Shown: piece by piece, positions 22,771 through 37,690 of the stretch | Numbering within the stretch: the stretch's first letter is position 1 | How the letters are laid out: each line of letters opens with the position of its first letter | Source of the DNA: Euprymna scolopes | Lineage: Eukaryota | Direction: 5' to 3' (one strand) | Assembly: GCA_053919585.1 (NCBI GenBank) | Contig: CM132784.1 | DNA length: 64,000 nt | The notes under the pieces: model-generated | Seen by the model: only the letters and a program-made list of their open reading frames with translations | Told to the model about the DNA's origin: nothing | The model's database searches: none | Made by a program: the position numbers and the translations under genes

Positions 22771-24000
22771 TTGATGATTCATTACAGGCTCGGCCTACTA
22801 TTTGTGTTTCTACAGAACGGCTATGACGTCGATTAGAAACTTTGGTGGACTGTGATTTCCCTCTGGATACGAAAACAGCCAGCCGTTATTGATCAATATT
22901 TCCAGTCCTCGATCATATTCCTCTCGAATGTATGCTGGGGCTGAATATTCTGCAAGTTCGTTATTAATCGAAATCCGGATGTTGGTCACCAGCCTATTTG
23001 TATGATGTTGTTCACTTCCGACTGTTCTCTTCGGCTGAGAAATCAGGCTCGACAGTTCTGATGACATCAAGATTTAGTTTGCTGAATTGTTGAAACGTAA
23101 ACTCACCGGAACTAGACACAGGTACCAGCCGCTTGATTACGTCCAGTACAAGCAATAATTAAAATGATAGTAGGAATTTATTTTCAGCTATAACTTCTAT
23201 AGTAATACCGGGTTTTGCATCGATGTTAACTTGCGCCACTTTAATGACACACCAGTCATGTTTTCTTCCGTCTGTGATAACAGAGGACATTGTCCTTGTC
23301 CATTCCTTACAACACAACCTGTGGACTAGTGACAGACCTGTACATGCGAACAGTTACAATTGGCAAGGTGCCAGTTACAAGTGTGTGGGGTGAGATTGGC
23401 ACTGAACCCCCGCCTTTTATTCGCGTCCCGGACAAAATTAAACAATATGGCCACGCCATTGACATCGATAACATGTGATATTTCTTCGGGGCTATACACT
23501 AGTACTTATGAAAGTCTCACAATCCAGTAGACAATCAGTTTCTTTATAATTGGGTTCTTGATCTTTGTGAAACTGTCGAAGATTATTCGTTTCCTTTACC
23601 GTGTATTGTGCTAACCGTGTAGCTACTGCAGATTTCTATGTCACTCCTGTGAATTTCTTTAAAATGGTACGAGCGTGAGCCAGCATATAAGACAGATCCA
23701 GGTTCTCCATCTGAGTAGATAGTTGTAATAGTGTGTCCAAATATTCAGGGAAAGAATTCCTATTGAAGGCACAGGCCATATACGCCGCTAAACCAGACCC
23801 ACGAGTCTACGTCGTTTTGCCAAAAAGAAATCGATCGTTAAACCTGGTTGAAGACAGCATGCTGAAAACTACTTCCATACGGCAAGAAAGTAATGGAAAA
23901 GGCTGTGTACAGCTTATCATTAAAGAGTCCAAATCCACACGCTTTTTCTCACTTAATTGTTGTTATGCAAAATACTCGCCACGTAACAAGAGCATATAGA
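22771..24000 (-). mobile_element. Ty3/Gypsy LTR-retrotransposon relic (gag-protease-RT start)
   Basis: CCHC knuckle CYRCQWRGHIV*FC (23473-23432); protease-like tail LLSF*LLLVLDVIKRL; RT N-terminus PAYIREEYDRGLEILINNGWLFSYPE..PPKFLI. Confidence 0.8.
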
Positions 24001-24187
24001 TGACGCACTCGAGATGTTTCATCAAACTCAGTTGATATATCAGTTCAGTTTACTCCAGTCAATTTTTGTGTTGATTGTCCGAAGCCCTGCCATCGAACAC
24101 TGATATAAGCTATGGATCGGAGGACATAATTGTCAAAATAGCTTATGGCATTATTAGTAAAAGCAAAAGGCTGACGATTTAAAAAAC

Positions 24188-24245
<58 letters not shown>

Positions 24246-27200
24246 TAGATATATTATCAAACGCAGAAGTGCATTCGCGATAACCGTCAAGTAAATTGAC
24301 AACACGAACAATACCGTCGATGCAACCCGACATGGTTCAAAACATTTCCGTCACCACGGCAGGGATCAGATACGATCCGAACTATCTTGTCAATACGATC
24401 CTCAACACAACAAGAGCCATCTAGGCATTTACTTGATTCTGTATCCATAAGACACGAATAGACTTTCGCCTGTAATTGGATCGACTAAGACACTGACTTT
24501 CAGCGCATGCTCGTCACATAGCGTTTTGAAGACGGCAGTGCAATTGGTTAAGGTTTATTCGTCAATTAACTTATCTAAAGTACTGTAATATACATCATCA
24601 CTACCGGAAACGACCTCGTGTTTGCATAACCTGTAAAATTCCAGCGGAATATGTAAAAAAGGAAAGATAAGGATAAGTTTATAAGTCGCTCGTTGGTGAA
24701 CATATACCATTAATTTGCATATGTACACAGTTGGTAACTGTTAAATGAGACTATTTCTAAAGCATGGGAGTTGAGTTGAGTTTTGTGTTGAACCGCTTAG
24801 AACGAGGACGAACAGTGGAGGATAATATCAAATACGCGAGGGTTTGTTGCAATTTTAGGAAAGAAGAGAAAAACGACTTTCGCGCGTTGTATCGATGAGA
24901 GAACGGTTTGACACTGCCATTTTTTTTTGTTTTATACTCTTTCCATTTTAAACTGATTTTATTTTCACTTGCGTCCGCTGCAACAGATACTTCTTTGCTC
25001 CGATGATATTAAGCTATTAAAAGTTCTTATGTCAAATACTTTTTAAAGATTTTTTCAATTAAAACTTAGCATTGATTTTACCGGAAATATAACTTAATTT
25101 TCTTTATTAATTTATTCGCAGCGATCTCAAGTCTTATAATTTCCGAATGTAGAGCTTGTGTGTTTTACTAATCCCAAAAATGCTTGTAGCTCGACTTTAA
25201 ATTATTGTCTGACGTAAGCATATGTTTATTACTTTATATTTGTTAGGTTTAGGATTACTTTCCTTTTTATTCATCATTGGTTCTAGGTATACTATTTTTT
25301 ACAACTGAAATCACATTAATTGAACAACATTATAAAACTGAATACTTCCCATACATGATTCTTCTGTTTCTCAATATTTTTCTTTGGATTTATATATTCT
25401 ACCGCAACATCCAACCCAACCATTATTAGTTAGAACAAACTTGTCGCCATCTTTCAACCAAAACGTACTTTTATAGACATGTATAATCTATGGTAACTAT
25501 GGAGCGTTTCATATTTTGTACATCGTTCGGTAAACTTTACTTGCAAATACGCCAATTTCCAGCTCAATTGTTGTAAATTTGTATCCGTATTTTTGTGAAT
25601 ATTTATCCTAATTTAGAAGATATATCCTTTGTATTAAGAAGTTGGTAGCTATAGTCTTGTATACAATAATTTGAGTCAGCTAAGAAATCACCACATGCTC
25701 TAAACTTGTTATTCTTTTTTAACGGACAATTTTGGAATTGCTAAATCACGATTAGAAATATTTTCATTCAGTTCAATCTATTAAGGGCTGTGCCATTTGT
25801 TTTTAATGACTTCTAATGGCTACGACGACAGCTTTCTTTTTACTTACCAAAATGACTTAACTTTGAATTCCAATTCAAATGTAATTTACTTTGTTACAGT
25901 GTTTAAGCTTTTCTAAAAAAAAAGTACTTCTTTTTAATTTTATTAGCAACTTTATCAAATTGGTTTGCTTTTCTGTATTCAGTTCTTTACGGAACGCCGT
26001 CACACGCGTTTTTATAAGTTGAAGAATATAAAACAATTTACGCCGAATAACTTAGTTTTAAGTTATTTTGAGAAGTAGACTATATTTTTTCGTATTATAT
26101 TGAAGGTTCACGTTTGTAAAAATTATAACTGTAATCATTGCTGTAGGTACGCATTTACGTATAATATTTCTACTATATGAATTGAGTGAACCTATTTCAG
26201 TCAACATTACCGAGACAATTAACGACAGATCTTTTTCCACCGATTTATTTCCAGGTATACGTATTATGTACTGTCATATAAGGCCTGTGTGTATACTATT
26301 GAATAAAATCATACGGGATGTTTCTCATTTTTTCTCTTACATACTTCTACTTTATTTTCTTATTGATTAAAAACAGGGCAATTCTTTTGTATATAAATCA
26401 CATAATATTATACCCCACATACTTTAAACACGGCATCTTCGTTTGGATTTGATTTCTTACGCTCAATACATTTATTATACTGTTTTAAGGTTGTTATTTT
26501 TTCATAATTCACAGTGGTATTTTACGAAGTTATATTTGTTTGGTTTCTTTTTAATGGCAATAGTCTACAACGGATTTCTTTTTTGTTCGTAATTGTTAAT
26601 GTGTTTACAAAATTTAAAGATTTAAACATGTCTCTTTTATATCTGTTATCCTTATATATGATAAAAACGTCGCAGTTTTCCGCTCTAGGCCAACATACCG
26701 TAGGTTTGCTACAACAGATGTCAAATACAAATTTATTATCTCGAAACTATTGTCCACTATACTGTAACTATACACCTTAATGATACACATGTTTAGACTG
26801 TATAATAAAATCGTACATTACATCCTAGGAGGGACAACATCACTATCGTCATTATCTTCTCCACCGCGTGAACTTATATTGTTTCCTACTTTCTTGGGTC
26901 TACGCCGTCATTGAATGTTTACTAATCATATACACAACGCACACTTGTTCCAATTTTCAACTACACAAATTATGAGGTCTGCCTTGCAGCATTCCATACA
27001 TGTTCATTTGCTGAACTCTCAGTGCCCATACATTCGAAATTAACCGAACGCTTAGTTATATTGCAATATGGACTGAAAACAATAAATATTTGCTTAAAAT
27101 ATATTTATTTGACACAAAAAACATTTTCTCTACGCACAATTTACTGAACGTATGGCTATATCCCTATTGATATTTATATACCCTTGACATATTTTTTTTT

Positions 27201-27589
27201 ACTGACGCATCGTTGCTCTATGTCTGCTTCTTCGGTAACGATATTGCGTAATACCAAATACAAATACTTTACAGAAAAAACATCCAAACTCACGCATTAT
27301 TTATCGGTCAAGACAAACAATTTTGCTAACACCTATTTGCTTGCACAAAATAACTGCTTACAAATTTTTTTGGACACAATAAAAAACAACTTTTTTTTTC
27401 AAAATTACGAAAAAAACTTGCTTCAGATATTTTAATCTTCCACCAAAAAATGTCTTTGCACACTTTATTGTACGTTATGCTATATTTATACATGTTGATA
27501 TTATAGTTTCTTCTTCTACGCAGCGTTGTTCTGTGTTTGTGTCATTAAACTAATAGGCCGCATAAACTTGCGCACGCATCACTATGTGC

Positions 27590-27825
27590 TTATATGCATA
27601 CATGTGCGTGCGTGTGCGTGTTTGTTTTTGTTTGCTTGCGTGCGGCTGTGTTTGTGTACGTGTGTATGCACCATACAACTATTAAGTTGCACAAACATGG
27701 AAACGCGTGTGTTGGTGTTCATGCACATACAAACATGTGTGTGTGTGCATGTGTGTGTTTGCATTATTTGCTTGCGTGCATGTGTTGGTAATTGTGTATA
27801 TGTGTGCGTGAGTATGTGCGTGTGG
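27590..27825. repeat. Degenerate (GT/GTGC)n low-complexity tract; similar at 63296-63470 and 63825-63965
   Basis: Direct reading; produces the C/V-rich spurious ORFs. Confidence 0.9.
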
Positions 27826-28187
27826 GTTTTTTCTTTATACATATTCATACGTTATCAGAACAGATACTACGCTTTCAACCTTGCCCCGAAAATCAACTTA
27901 TTTTATTTACTGTTTCCGTATTGTTTCCTTCCTTTTTTATTTCATTTCCTTTTCGGTGTATTTTATCTAAGTACGCATGGAAAAGGTAAATAAAATAGCA
28001 TTTTTATTCATTTAAGTTAGAAAGATTACGAAATAGTAATTCGCGCAGGTACGCATGGTAAAATACTTGAAATAACAATTTTGTTTTAGTATGAAGGAAA
28101 ACAAAATAGTAATTCGTTTTTTTCTGGTAAATGCGTGCGTAAACAAAGAAAAGTGCAGCAAAAACAAAACAAAAATGAATAAATACA

Positions 28188-28189
28188 TA

Positions 28190-28265
<76 letters not shown>

Positions 28266-28815
28266 TGGAGACGTCTACACGAACCACAGGCGCACACCAG
28301 ACAAGATGCTACAGAGACAAAACATGAAGCGCTACATGGAACCAAGAACATTGAAGCTGCATACCTATAAGTTCTCCAACTCCACCCCCATTCTCCCATT
28401 ACCACATCACTCCCCCACTCCCCCCGAAGAAACAGAGTGAGATCGAATAGCCAAAGAGGAAGGAAAGACCGAGGAGTAAGTACTAAACAGACATCCGCTG
28501 TATAAGTGCAAAGAGAATTGGGATCTTGGGGAGACTTGTTGCGACTCAAATTCCAGTAAAGACCAATGCCCGCTGCCAACGAGAAATCAATGGCAAATCA
28601 ACGAGAAGTCAATGACAGCTGTTGCGATAATACAAATATATTTGCAAATGTTATCGAAAGAGGTGGAGAGTACGGGAAAATATGAAGGATTTGGTGTCAC
28701 TCAGCTTCCAAGGCACACCACAGGTTTTATTCAATCAGATCTTTGATGACCTGTGTGAAAGCTCCTTGCAAGCCGATAATGAATAAATAAATAAATGAAT
28801 AAATAAATAAATAAC
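28188..28815 (+). mobile_element. (AAT)n tract followed by decayed R4/Dong-like 3'-end sequences ending in (AAAT)n
   Basis: (AAT)n 28188-28264; two related ggagacttgttgcgactcaaattcca / gaaggatttggtgtcactcagcttcca motifs; A-rich tail; family assignment from recall. Confidence 0.45.
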
Positions 28816-30376
28816 GTTTTATTTAATTTCGAGTAACCGGTCTGGTCTTTAAGTTTGATGAGCGCAGAGTAATTTTAGCGGTGTTTGACCGAGTATATTT
28901 CCGTTGTCATATTTACCAGAAGTAAAATCGGACTTAACCATAAAAGTTATAAAAATAATATTTTTAAAACTTTCTCTTTTTTACATTATGAGTGTTATAT
29001 TCTGAATCGATGAGCATAACGTGATAAAAGAAAAAAAACCAAGTGTTTGTGTAGTCTCCAGAATTTGGGGCATTTACGCAACCGTCAGCATTTTTCCCAT
29101 TTCAACTAAGCCACAGAAACGGGTACCGCAAATTTAAAATAATTCGTTCTAAGAGTAAACTCTTCCTGCATATAATGTTAAAGCAGTTGAAAAGATTGTA
29201 GAAACTGTTGAACTGCTTCGCCGAAAATACTGCATAAAGCTAAGATACTTTGCTCAAAATAAGTTTAGTCCGGTTTTTATGAGTATTTTTGTATTTTATT
29301 TTGTGCCTTATGTTTGTAATAACAGTGCTTTATTCTTCGCCCAACGATAAATCAAACGTGTTTTGTGTGTGTCTGTGAAAATAGATTTATTACTTCTATT
29401 AAATTCTGGAATACTAACTCCAGTCATCGATCTATAAAGGAATTCAGCGAATGAATTCCAAATTCGTAAAGCTAGAAATATTCTCGAACCATTTGCGTGT
29501 CGAATTGCTTTTGTAATATATTTTCGAGAAGGTTCTGATGTTTTAAGACTTCTTCTTTGTTGTGTATCTGTTTCTCATTTTAATTTTGTTCTGTGTCTGT
29601 TTTCTTGTTCAAATTGCTAATGTTGCGGCTGTACTTTACTACACATTTTCACAATTTCACATGTTCCATATAAGTTTTTTTAACAACATCTAAAAAATAA
29701 TCAGCTTTTAACAATAATTAAAACAAGTACTCGTGTATTTATTATGTCGTAAGCTGCTTAGAAAATCGCAATATCGCCATTGCTACATGCATTTCCCATT
29801 TATCTCTCGCTAGCAATGACCCTCGTTTATCTCTTAAATTCAAGTAGTTATATAGATTCTCATGCTCCTGTTACGCCCGCATTCTTTTATTACAGCTTTC
29901 ATTAATGCTCTATCTTCTCTGGCTTTTCATTTTACTTGACGCTTCACAATTATTCTTGCGTTTACGGTCAGCTTCATCAATGTATGTGTTTGGGTGAAAG
30001 GGACAGTTGATGTGATATAATGCAGTTTCAGTTATGTTTTTATTTTTATTTTGCACGTTTAAAAACATCATTGAAAATGTTATATCTATATCATTAATTG
30101 CTAGAGGAAAGATAATGTTTTTAAATTGCAACAAAATGTACATTACATAAAATTATTCCAAGGTAATTTTTGATTCAATTTAAATTAAATTTTTATATCT
30201 TACTTTGTAAAATTTATGACAGTGCACTTCGAAGATAAATAACTTTCAAATTGAATCTTGTATCTTTATTTTTAAAGCCTATAGTAAAAACATTTTGATA
30301 ACAATTTTCATGCATTGGATGAAATGCTTTTCTAACGTGTATCTTATCTATTTTAGATTATATTTTACAACACTCC

Positions 30377-30540
30377 TTCTCTCTATTTCAGTTTGTATTT
30401 CTCCTCACACAACAATTCATTTTTGCAACACTCTCTTTGCATTATTACAGGTCTGAATATTCTCTCTGTTTAAGTTTGTATTTCTCCTAACACCACAACT
30501 CATTTTTTGCAACCCCCGATTTGTAATACAAGTCTGAATA
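30377..30540. repeat. Diverged tandem duplication, ~84-bp period
   Basis: tctctct.ttt.agtttgtatttctcct.acac.acaa.tcattttt twice. Confidence 0.85.
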
Positions 30541-30744
30541 ATGAGAAAATCTGAATTTTTTAACAAAAGCTTTAAAATAAATTTTTAAGATTAAATTTTT
30601 TTAAACTTCTTTCATAATAGAAAATCTTTAAAATTTAATAAGGAACATATTTCACATAGGTTTCATTAACAAATATTCAGTGTATAACGAGAAAAATGGA
30701 GATGAAAATTTCAAAAGGACTGTATAACTGGTTACGGTCAATAG

Positions 30745-30781
30745 TAGTCCTCGCGAACGAAAGTCTTTGTTATTGTTATTC

Positions 30782-30839
<58 letters not shown>

Positions 30840-30877
30840 TAAAACATTTTGTGTCCTGCTCTTTCGCGCGAGGACTA
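30745..30877. repeat. MITE-like inverted repeat enclosing a (TTA)n tract
   Basis: tagtcctcgcgaacgaaag ... ctttcgcgcgaggacta. Confidence 0.6.
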
Positions 30878-31029
30878 ATATAGGAAAAAGGTTTGTGTTT
30901 CTTATAACGTTTTTACGAAGATATTACGCAAGTATAAACCATATAGAATATCTGAATAAACATAATTAAACCTAACAGTTAATCATAGATGATTATTCCA
31001 TAACAAAACCATAATAAACTAATAGGTGA

Positions 31030-31210
31030 GTCATGAAAATTGATGTTTAAAAGTATATGCAAATTAGCTAGATATTTTGCAGATGAATGTAATTCCACGT
31101 CCTATAATATAACAAAGTTTTATATTTTTTTTTTATAAATAGAAAAAAAGGGCTTTAAATATTAATATTCAAATAAAAATAACAAATTCATGGGATTAGA
31201 GATATTCTAA
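31030..31210 (+). repeat. Unclassified dispersed repeat, second copy at ~53965-54145
   Basis: atatgcaaattagctaga..tttgc.gat.aatg.aattc.acg...ataacaaa...aaatagaaaa shared in direct orientation. Confidence 0.75.
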
Positions 31211-32321
31211 TACATGTCTTTGTTATATTGATTTCTATTGTTTATAATGTTTGCATTATTTTAATAAGTTTGCTTTGACTTTATTTATTAATTACATTCA
31301 TTTATACATAATTTTTCTATTTCATTTTTCATCTTTTTTACCAACTTTGTTTGCACATATTTTTTTATTGTTTATATTTGATATTATATTATACTTAATC
31401 TTTCATCAGTTATTCTTTGCCTTTACTTGTTCTTTCTTTTAATTATTTAATTGCTGTTTTTGTTAGCATGTACCTGCTGTTGAAAACATTTTCAGGTGTA
31501 AAATGAATTTCACATTTATATAACATACTGTAAAATTATATAAATTATTTATTTGGTCACAATTGCATATAAGTCTTTTATGGAAACAAATATGCTAATC
31601 GCTTCTTATTATTTTCATTCTAACGTTACTTTCCAGGAAATGCGTATGTGTAGAAAACTAGATAAGTATACGAGGCGGCGTTATTGATGGATGATTTGTT
31701 AGTTACGTATACAGTTTTGCCGGGTTAATGTGCTAACTAGGCCAAAGTGATGTTGGGATATATCCCCTCCCTTCACACTGATGACTTATGGCAAATAATT
31801 AAGCTGCTACGTCTAGATTATGCAAACTTAAATAAATAAATGTAATTTACGTAGTGTGTTTTAGTCGCATTATAAGGAGAAGGTAATTTCAATTGATTAA
31901 GAAACGACTGTGAATGAGGAAAACTAAAATTTGTGACTAGTAGAGATATTAAATTGGGCAGATTATAAAAGTTTTGTTAGATGTGTTGCACATTTGAGGG
32001 AACAAGGTATTTGATTTCCAAAGTAAGCTAATCCTACGGTTTGGTATTCCTACAAGTTCCTTTCGGTTCAAAATAAAAACATGCCCGTAAGAGTATGCAT
32101 TAAACACAACTATATAAAGTGATTTATGATGAAATCATTGGGGCGTTCTGATAGATTATTATATATTTTCAGATTGGATGTTTTTTGTTTTTTTTTGTGT
32201 AATGTTTTTTTTTTATATCGTTTTCGCTTCATCAACAAATACAACATTTTATAACGTACTTTTATTTTCGATCATTATTTCATTTGTTCGCCTTAATTAT
32301 CTTTCAACAAATATGGCGCTA

Positions 32322-33215
32322 CAGGATGGAACGATAAACTTGTCGCCTTAGAAAAGACGATAGGATTCCATTTCCTTTTTTTGAAAACCAGTTTTCATTT
32401 TTTGTTACAAACCAGTTGGTCAGTGGTGTAAAAAACATCAAGAACAATAGGGGCCTTCTAGCATGTCAGAAATTGACACAATGTTCGACGAGCAAGATCA
32501 GAGATGCACCGCTGTACAACCCATGCTCTCCACTGATCAGAGTTCTTACGATAGGACCATTACTAGAACTCTCAATATACAAATTCGGACGGTTTAACGC
32601 ATTATCGCAAAGCTAAATGAAGTTTCCAGTCACGATTATATTCTTTAGTGTGGTTTTCAAATGGGGACCACATCATTCTACCTAACATCTTCGAAGTCGG
32701 CTTGAAAATCAACACAAAACTTACCTGAATGTGTTAAAGAATGTGATTATTTCTTGGTGCAATCAGGTGACTGATGACAGATATTGGCTGTCTCAGTAAG
32801 AATCGGCGCCGGCCCACAAGTCCAAAGAGACACAGGCTTGGCTTTAAAGGGGGTGCTACGACTTTGTTCCCATCTCCCCTTGGCTCCCCTTCCTTCCTCT
32901 ACCTAAGTCTGCTGGACTACTTCGATTTACCATATGTTGAAAACATCATTAACATGCCCTCCCACAACACAAAATCTAGTCTGATTGCCGCTATCCGCCG
33001 ACTATTCGCCGAGCTTACCGCTGACCCTTGTAGAAAAGGCGTGCTCCCAATTCCAGACCTGTATCGTGGTGGTGATGAAAGCACAAGGCGACTACATTAA
33101 ATAGATATTAGATCTACTACATAATCAAGTTACCTGCATCGATTTTTTACTAATATGTTTTTTAAACGCTGTAGTGTTGTTTTCCTGACGTCACCAATGT
33201 CATCGTTCCAGCCTG
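32322..33215 (+). mobile_element. Deleted Tc1/mariner (maT-like) element
   Basis: TIRs caggatggaacgat / atcgttccagcctg with TA flanks; decayed Q(D)SAPAHKSKETQAWL and W.PS...L..LDYF motifs; related to 57573-58366. Confidence 0.8.
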
Positions 33216-33859
33216 TATATTCCGTCTTATTATGTTTCATAAGATTTTTAAACTCATCTCATGCATTCTCTTTAATCCATTTTCTTTACGATAATGTTTT
33301 TTTTAATAATTTCAGCTGTAAGGTATTCATAATTTTATGAATACATTTTCTTTTATTCATATTGTCTTTTTCATCTAATTTATTCCCAATTGTTTGTATT
33401 CTTTCTATTTTATTATTTAAATTATTTTATTCACTTATTGTTTTCGCCGATAGTTTTCTATGAATTTTTAATATTATTTTTATTCCAGTAATTCATCCTT
33501 ATCTCTATAGTATTGCTGTTATTTTATTACTTCTACATTAATCAATATTTTTTCGATTGATGAAAAATGTAAAAAAAAAGTTCCGTCTGGTTTCATTCTT
33601 AAAAATATAAAGTGACATTTTGTCGCTCGCCTCTCGCGCATGATATAACATTCGATCTGTTCGTCATGCTCTTTGAAGATTTGCATGCAAACCTTTTCTC
33701 GCAAAGGAATTCTACAAAGAGATTCCTCATTCTTACTCACCATGTCTGCAAGCATAGAAATACCATTTTACGCCTTATGTCTTATTTCTAATATTCGATT
33801 TACGTGCTCACTTGTTGGCATATTTGGACGTGTCATAGGAGTTTTCCTAGGTTAACATG

Positions 33860-34530
33860 TTCTATTAAGTAGCACACCTAATGCTGTTGGGCAGGCGCCT
33901 GACCATCGTTTCATCACAGTTTAAGGTTAACATTCGGTTTTCTTTTAAATTGATGATTTTTAATTAATTTCCCAACAACTTACCCTGAGCTGTGTTCATG
34001 TTCCATTCTATCTCCCCTGAAATCCGCTGACCACTCTGTTGTAGCAGTTAAGATAAAAATGGAATGCAATAAGTCTTCAGACGTACCTCTGCACCGTACT
34101 GTATATCGATACTCTATGGCTGACTGGCGATAGCTTCCGTACATCCATATCTGACCTACTTCTGCATTCCATGTTTAAAATGGATGTGTCTTCTATAGTA
34201 TCAGACCTGACTGAATAGTGAATTGTAGGCATAGACCGATTACTACTATCCAAAAAATTCCAACAAAAACCTAACAGCCAGCTATGGTTATCACCTGAAT
34301 GTGCTGCTGCTATCGCGCACAGAAATCACATTTTCCATAGCTACCAACGTAATAGATGTACTGAGACTAAAGCTGTTTTCAGGACTGCCAGCAATCACTG
34401 TAAAAGAGTAATAAAACATGCAAGAGAGCTATATACTCAGTCTGTTAAATCCAAAGTAGCTGAGCAGCGGCTTGGTTCCCACCAGTTCAAGCAAATAGCA
34501 AACAGGGTCTTGAACGGAAGTTGCGTTCTA
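33860..34530 (+). mobile_element. CR1/Zenon-like LINE fragment (endonuclease-RT linker)
   Basis: LWLSPECAAAIAHRNHIFHSYQRNRCTETKAVFRTASNHCKRVIKHARE. Confidence 0.7.
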
Positions 34531-36238
34531 TCCCAACTTACAATTACTGTACACGCAATAACCCTTATCCCTGAGTGGCCTTCGGGCCTTGATAAGTGGT
34601 GACCCCCATGTAAAACAAAAGATCAGTACGAAGTTAATTAAAAGATTTATTAAGCTGATAAATAATACAATACTCTATTATATTTTGGGTGCAATAAATA
34701 TAAGTACATCTGAGTCCTTTTTACTTACAAGATTAGGATTGAAATGTTAAATCATATGTACGCGCTTGTAAAGCCGCTCAGGATAGACGTCGATAGGAAC
34801 GTTCGAATTATGCTTAGAATACCAGTGTAAATCACAAATACTTGTTCAGTAAGTTGACTCACCATATTACTACTAAAGAGTTATTACTTCAACGATATAA
34901 ATCCCTTTAGCGGAAAATATTAGTTGCGCCATAGGATTGGAAACGAACCCACAAGATTAAAAAAATAAGTCTTACAATAAACGATTAGAACCGACCTAAC
35001 AAGTTAGAAAATATAACTAACCAAAATGTAAAAAAAAAAATAATGGTTATTTACCGAATATAAGTATTTTTCTGTCTCTCTATTCCGTTAAACATTACGA
35101 AAAACGTATAAAATCTATTTATACTCAATTATTCCATAAAGTATTAACTTGCTTCTTTCATTTTTCTGCACTTCCAAATTTATACTGTCTACACAAATTA
35201 GACAAAGTTTATCCCCTTTTTCATTAGGTAAGTAAAATGGAACAAGTTTTTCGATTCCCTTAACGCTACGAAACATTTTATAACAGAAATCAAGCAAAAA
35301 CGAAAACAATGAAAACTAAAAAAAATCCAACAGCAATAGTCTGAACAAGAACAATTCCGAATGAAATATCACAAGACGATTGACCCTAAATTCTAATAAC
35401 AGGAAAAAATAGTAAATCACATTTAAAAGACGTATTTTTAAGAACAAGAAAATAACCTGATTCGAGGAATTCTCAGATGGCTAGTATATTCGTTCAGTAG
35501 TTCTAGCTTTTTTATGTAGGTTTTGAGCAATATTTAATAAAACACGCGAACAATGACCTGACGAGTAAAACAGCACTCTATTGTTACAAAAGTTGGGAAA
35601 CAAATAAAATCCTATATACATGTAGTTAATCGTTCGAAAAACGGAAGACACATAATTTAGTGAGATATTAGGAATTCTGTCGAAAATGCTCGATAACAGA
35701 AATACCCTGTTTTAAAGTTAGTATAAGTATTAAGGTATCATAAAACTATAATACGATGGTTCACTCACGTATGGAAATATGCTTAACACACAGTGTGAGG
35801 CAGTTAAATTAAATTGAGTATTAAGTGACATGTTCATATGTCTTATTTTTGTGCAAGTTCTAACATGAAAGCATGAAAATAAAATAGACCAGGAAACAAA
35901 CGTTACGATTCAAAATATTAAAAAAAAATGAATAATCGGATTGAAGAGAGAAATATATCATGAATATAGATTGGAAGACAAAAGTCAAGTCAATTTGTAT
36001 TTTAATAAAACCGGTTTGAAGTGCGTGGTTTAAAAAGCATATAAAAGGTATTTTCTTTAGGGGTATCCTATGCTTTAATTGTGGGCGGGTTAGACAAAAA
36101 ATCCTGTGTTTGCTAGAATGGAGACAAGTTAAAAATAATCGCAATCACAAGAAAACCTATTGTTAAAAATGAAAATAAAAATGTTAAAGGGGAAAATACC
36201 TCAAAATAAAATGGTCAGATTATAAATTGATTACTTTA

Positions 36239-37516
36239 CGAGGGACGTGAAATAAGTAATGCCCTGTCCCACTTCCCATAGTAGTAGAGCAACGAAACTT
36301 GGCACAGTTATTATTCCTTCTCTACATAGGAACCACACAGAGTTTGGAATTGCTCCCATCGTTAGATGCAGCTCAAGAGACAATTTTTTAACACCCCAGG
36401 TTGGTCCTCCATCCACGACGTGGCTTCAGAAATCAAAGCTTCACCATCTGGTAAACGATTTCCTTTCAAAAACAACTTCGTGGCTGGAGAGAGGTGAAAG
36501 TCAAGGGGTGAAATATCAAGAGAGTAGGAAGGATGGGGTAATATTTCATAACCAAGCGCCCGTGCTTCTGATCTGGCGACATGCGAATTATGGACCGGAG
36601 CGTTGTCCTGCAGGAGGAGGGTAACTTTGCTGATTTTGCCCCGCCTCTTGATTTTGATAGTTTCCCTTAATTTCCTCAAAAGTGAAGCATAATAGGATCC
36701 TGTAATTGTAGTACCCTTTGCCAGGAAATCTGTCATAACTACTCTGTCCTGGTTCCAAAAGACTGTAAGCATGACCTTGCCAGCGGAGGTCTGCACCCTT
36801 GCCTTCTTTGGAGGTGGTGAGTCCAAGTGCTTCTACTGCATTTAATGTATCTGGATCATAATGATGGACCAAGGTTTCATCCTGTGTAATCAGTCTTTTG
36901 AAAACTTTGAGTCATCTTCTTGGCACATCTCCAAATTCATCCTCGAGCACTCGACGCGTTTTCGCTTCTGGAATGGTGTGAGCAACCTGGGAATCCGTCT
37001 GGCAGACACCTTATGCATATGCAAATTGTCATGAATGATAGTTTTCACAGATCTTGTACTAATCTTGACATCTTGGGTTATTTGGGGAATAGTAATGCGC
37101 TGATCTTCATAAATGGCAGCCTCAACTTGACAGACAGATGCCTCATCAATGACAGAAGGGGAGCGACCAGGTCTGGGAGCTGTTTCCACAGACTTCAGGG
37201 CATGTTTGAATTCACGATGCCAGCGGTTTACGAGGTCTTATGATTGAGTATTATCACCATAAGGTTATTTCATTTCATGAAAAGTCTCCTGTGGCGTGCA
37301 TCCTTTCAAATACAAAAACCAGATCACTGCTCGACATTCAAAAGGCTCAATTTCACACCTGACTCAATTCAAACACCTGTAAAACAGAACCCACGATTAG
37401 TTCAGAGCTGTAATTTGCCATATACTCCCTAGACATATAAATCATTCCACATGCAAAATTTTAGCTAGACCAGACGTTTCGAAGTGGGTCAGGAGCATTA
37501 TTGTTGCACGCCTCTG
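36239..37516 (-). mobile_element. Full-length decayed mariner (DD34D) transposon, ~1.28 kb
   Basis: Imperfect TIRs with TA flanks; SARRIPRLLT, QDETLVHHYDP, SAGKVMLTVFW, LLQDNAPVH, HPSYSLDISPLDFHL; frameshifted. Confidence 0.92.
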
Positions 37517-37690
37517 TATTAAGGAAGTAATATCAGGCAATACACAAACACGTTTGGAAAATATTTGCATGGGAAACAAAAAACGAAAAAATGGCAGAGT
37601 AGAAATAAAAAAGTAAAAATAAGTACCATGTAACATAAATTGAAAGTGTATGCAGAGTGCTTAATAAAATTTGTTGTTCTATATTCAATA

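Noticed and set aside
27526-28579. 155-191 aa Cys/Val/Ile/Asn-rich ORFs
   Set aside because: Translations of (GT)n and (AAT)n microsatellites
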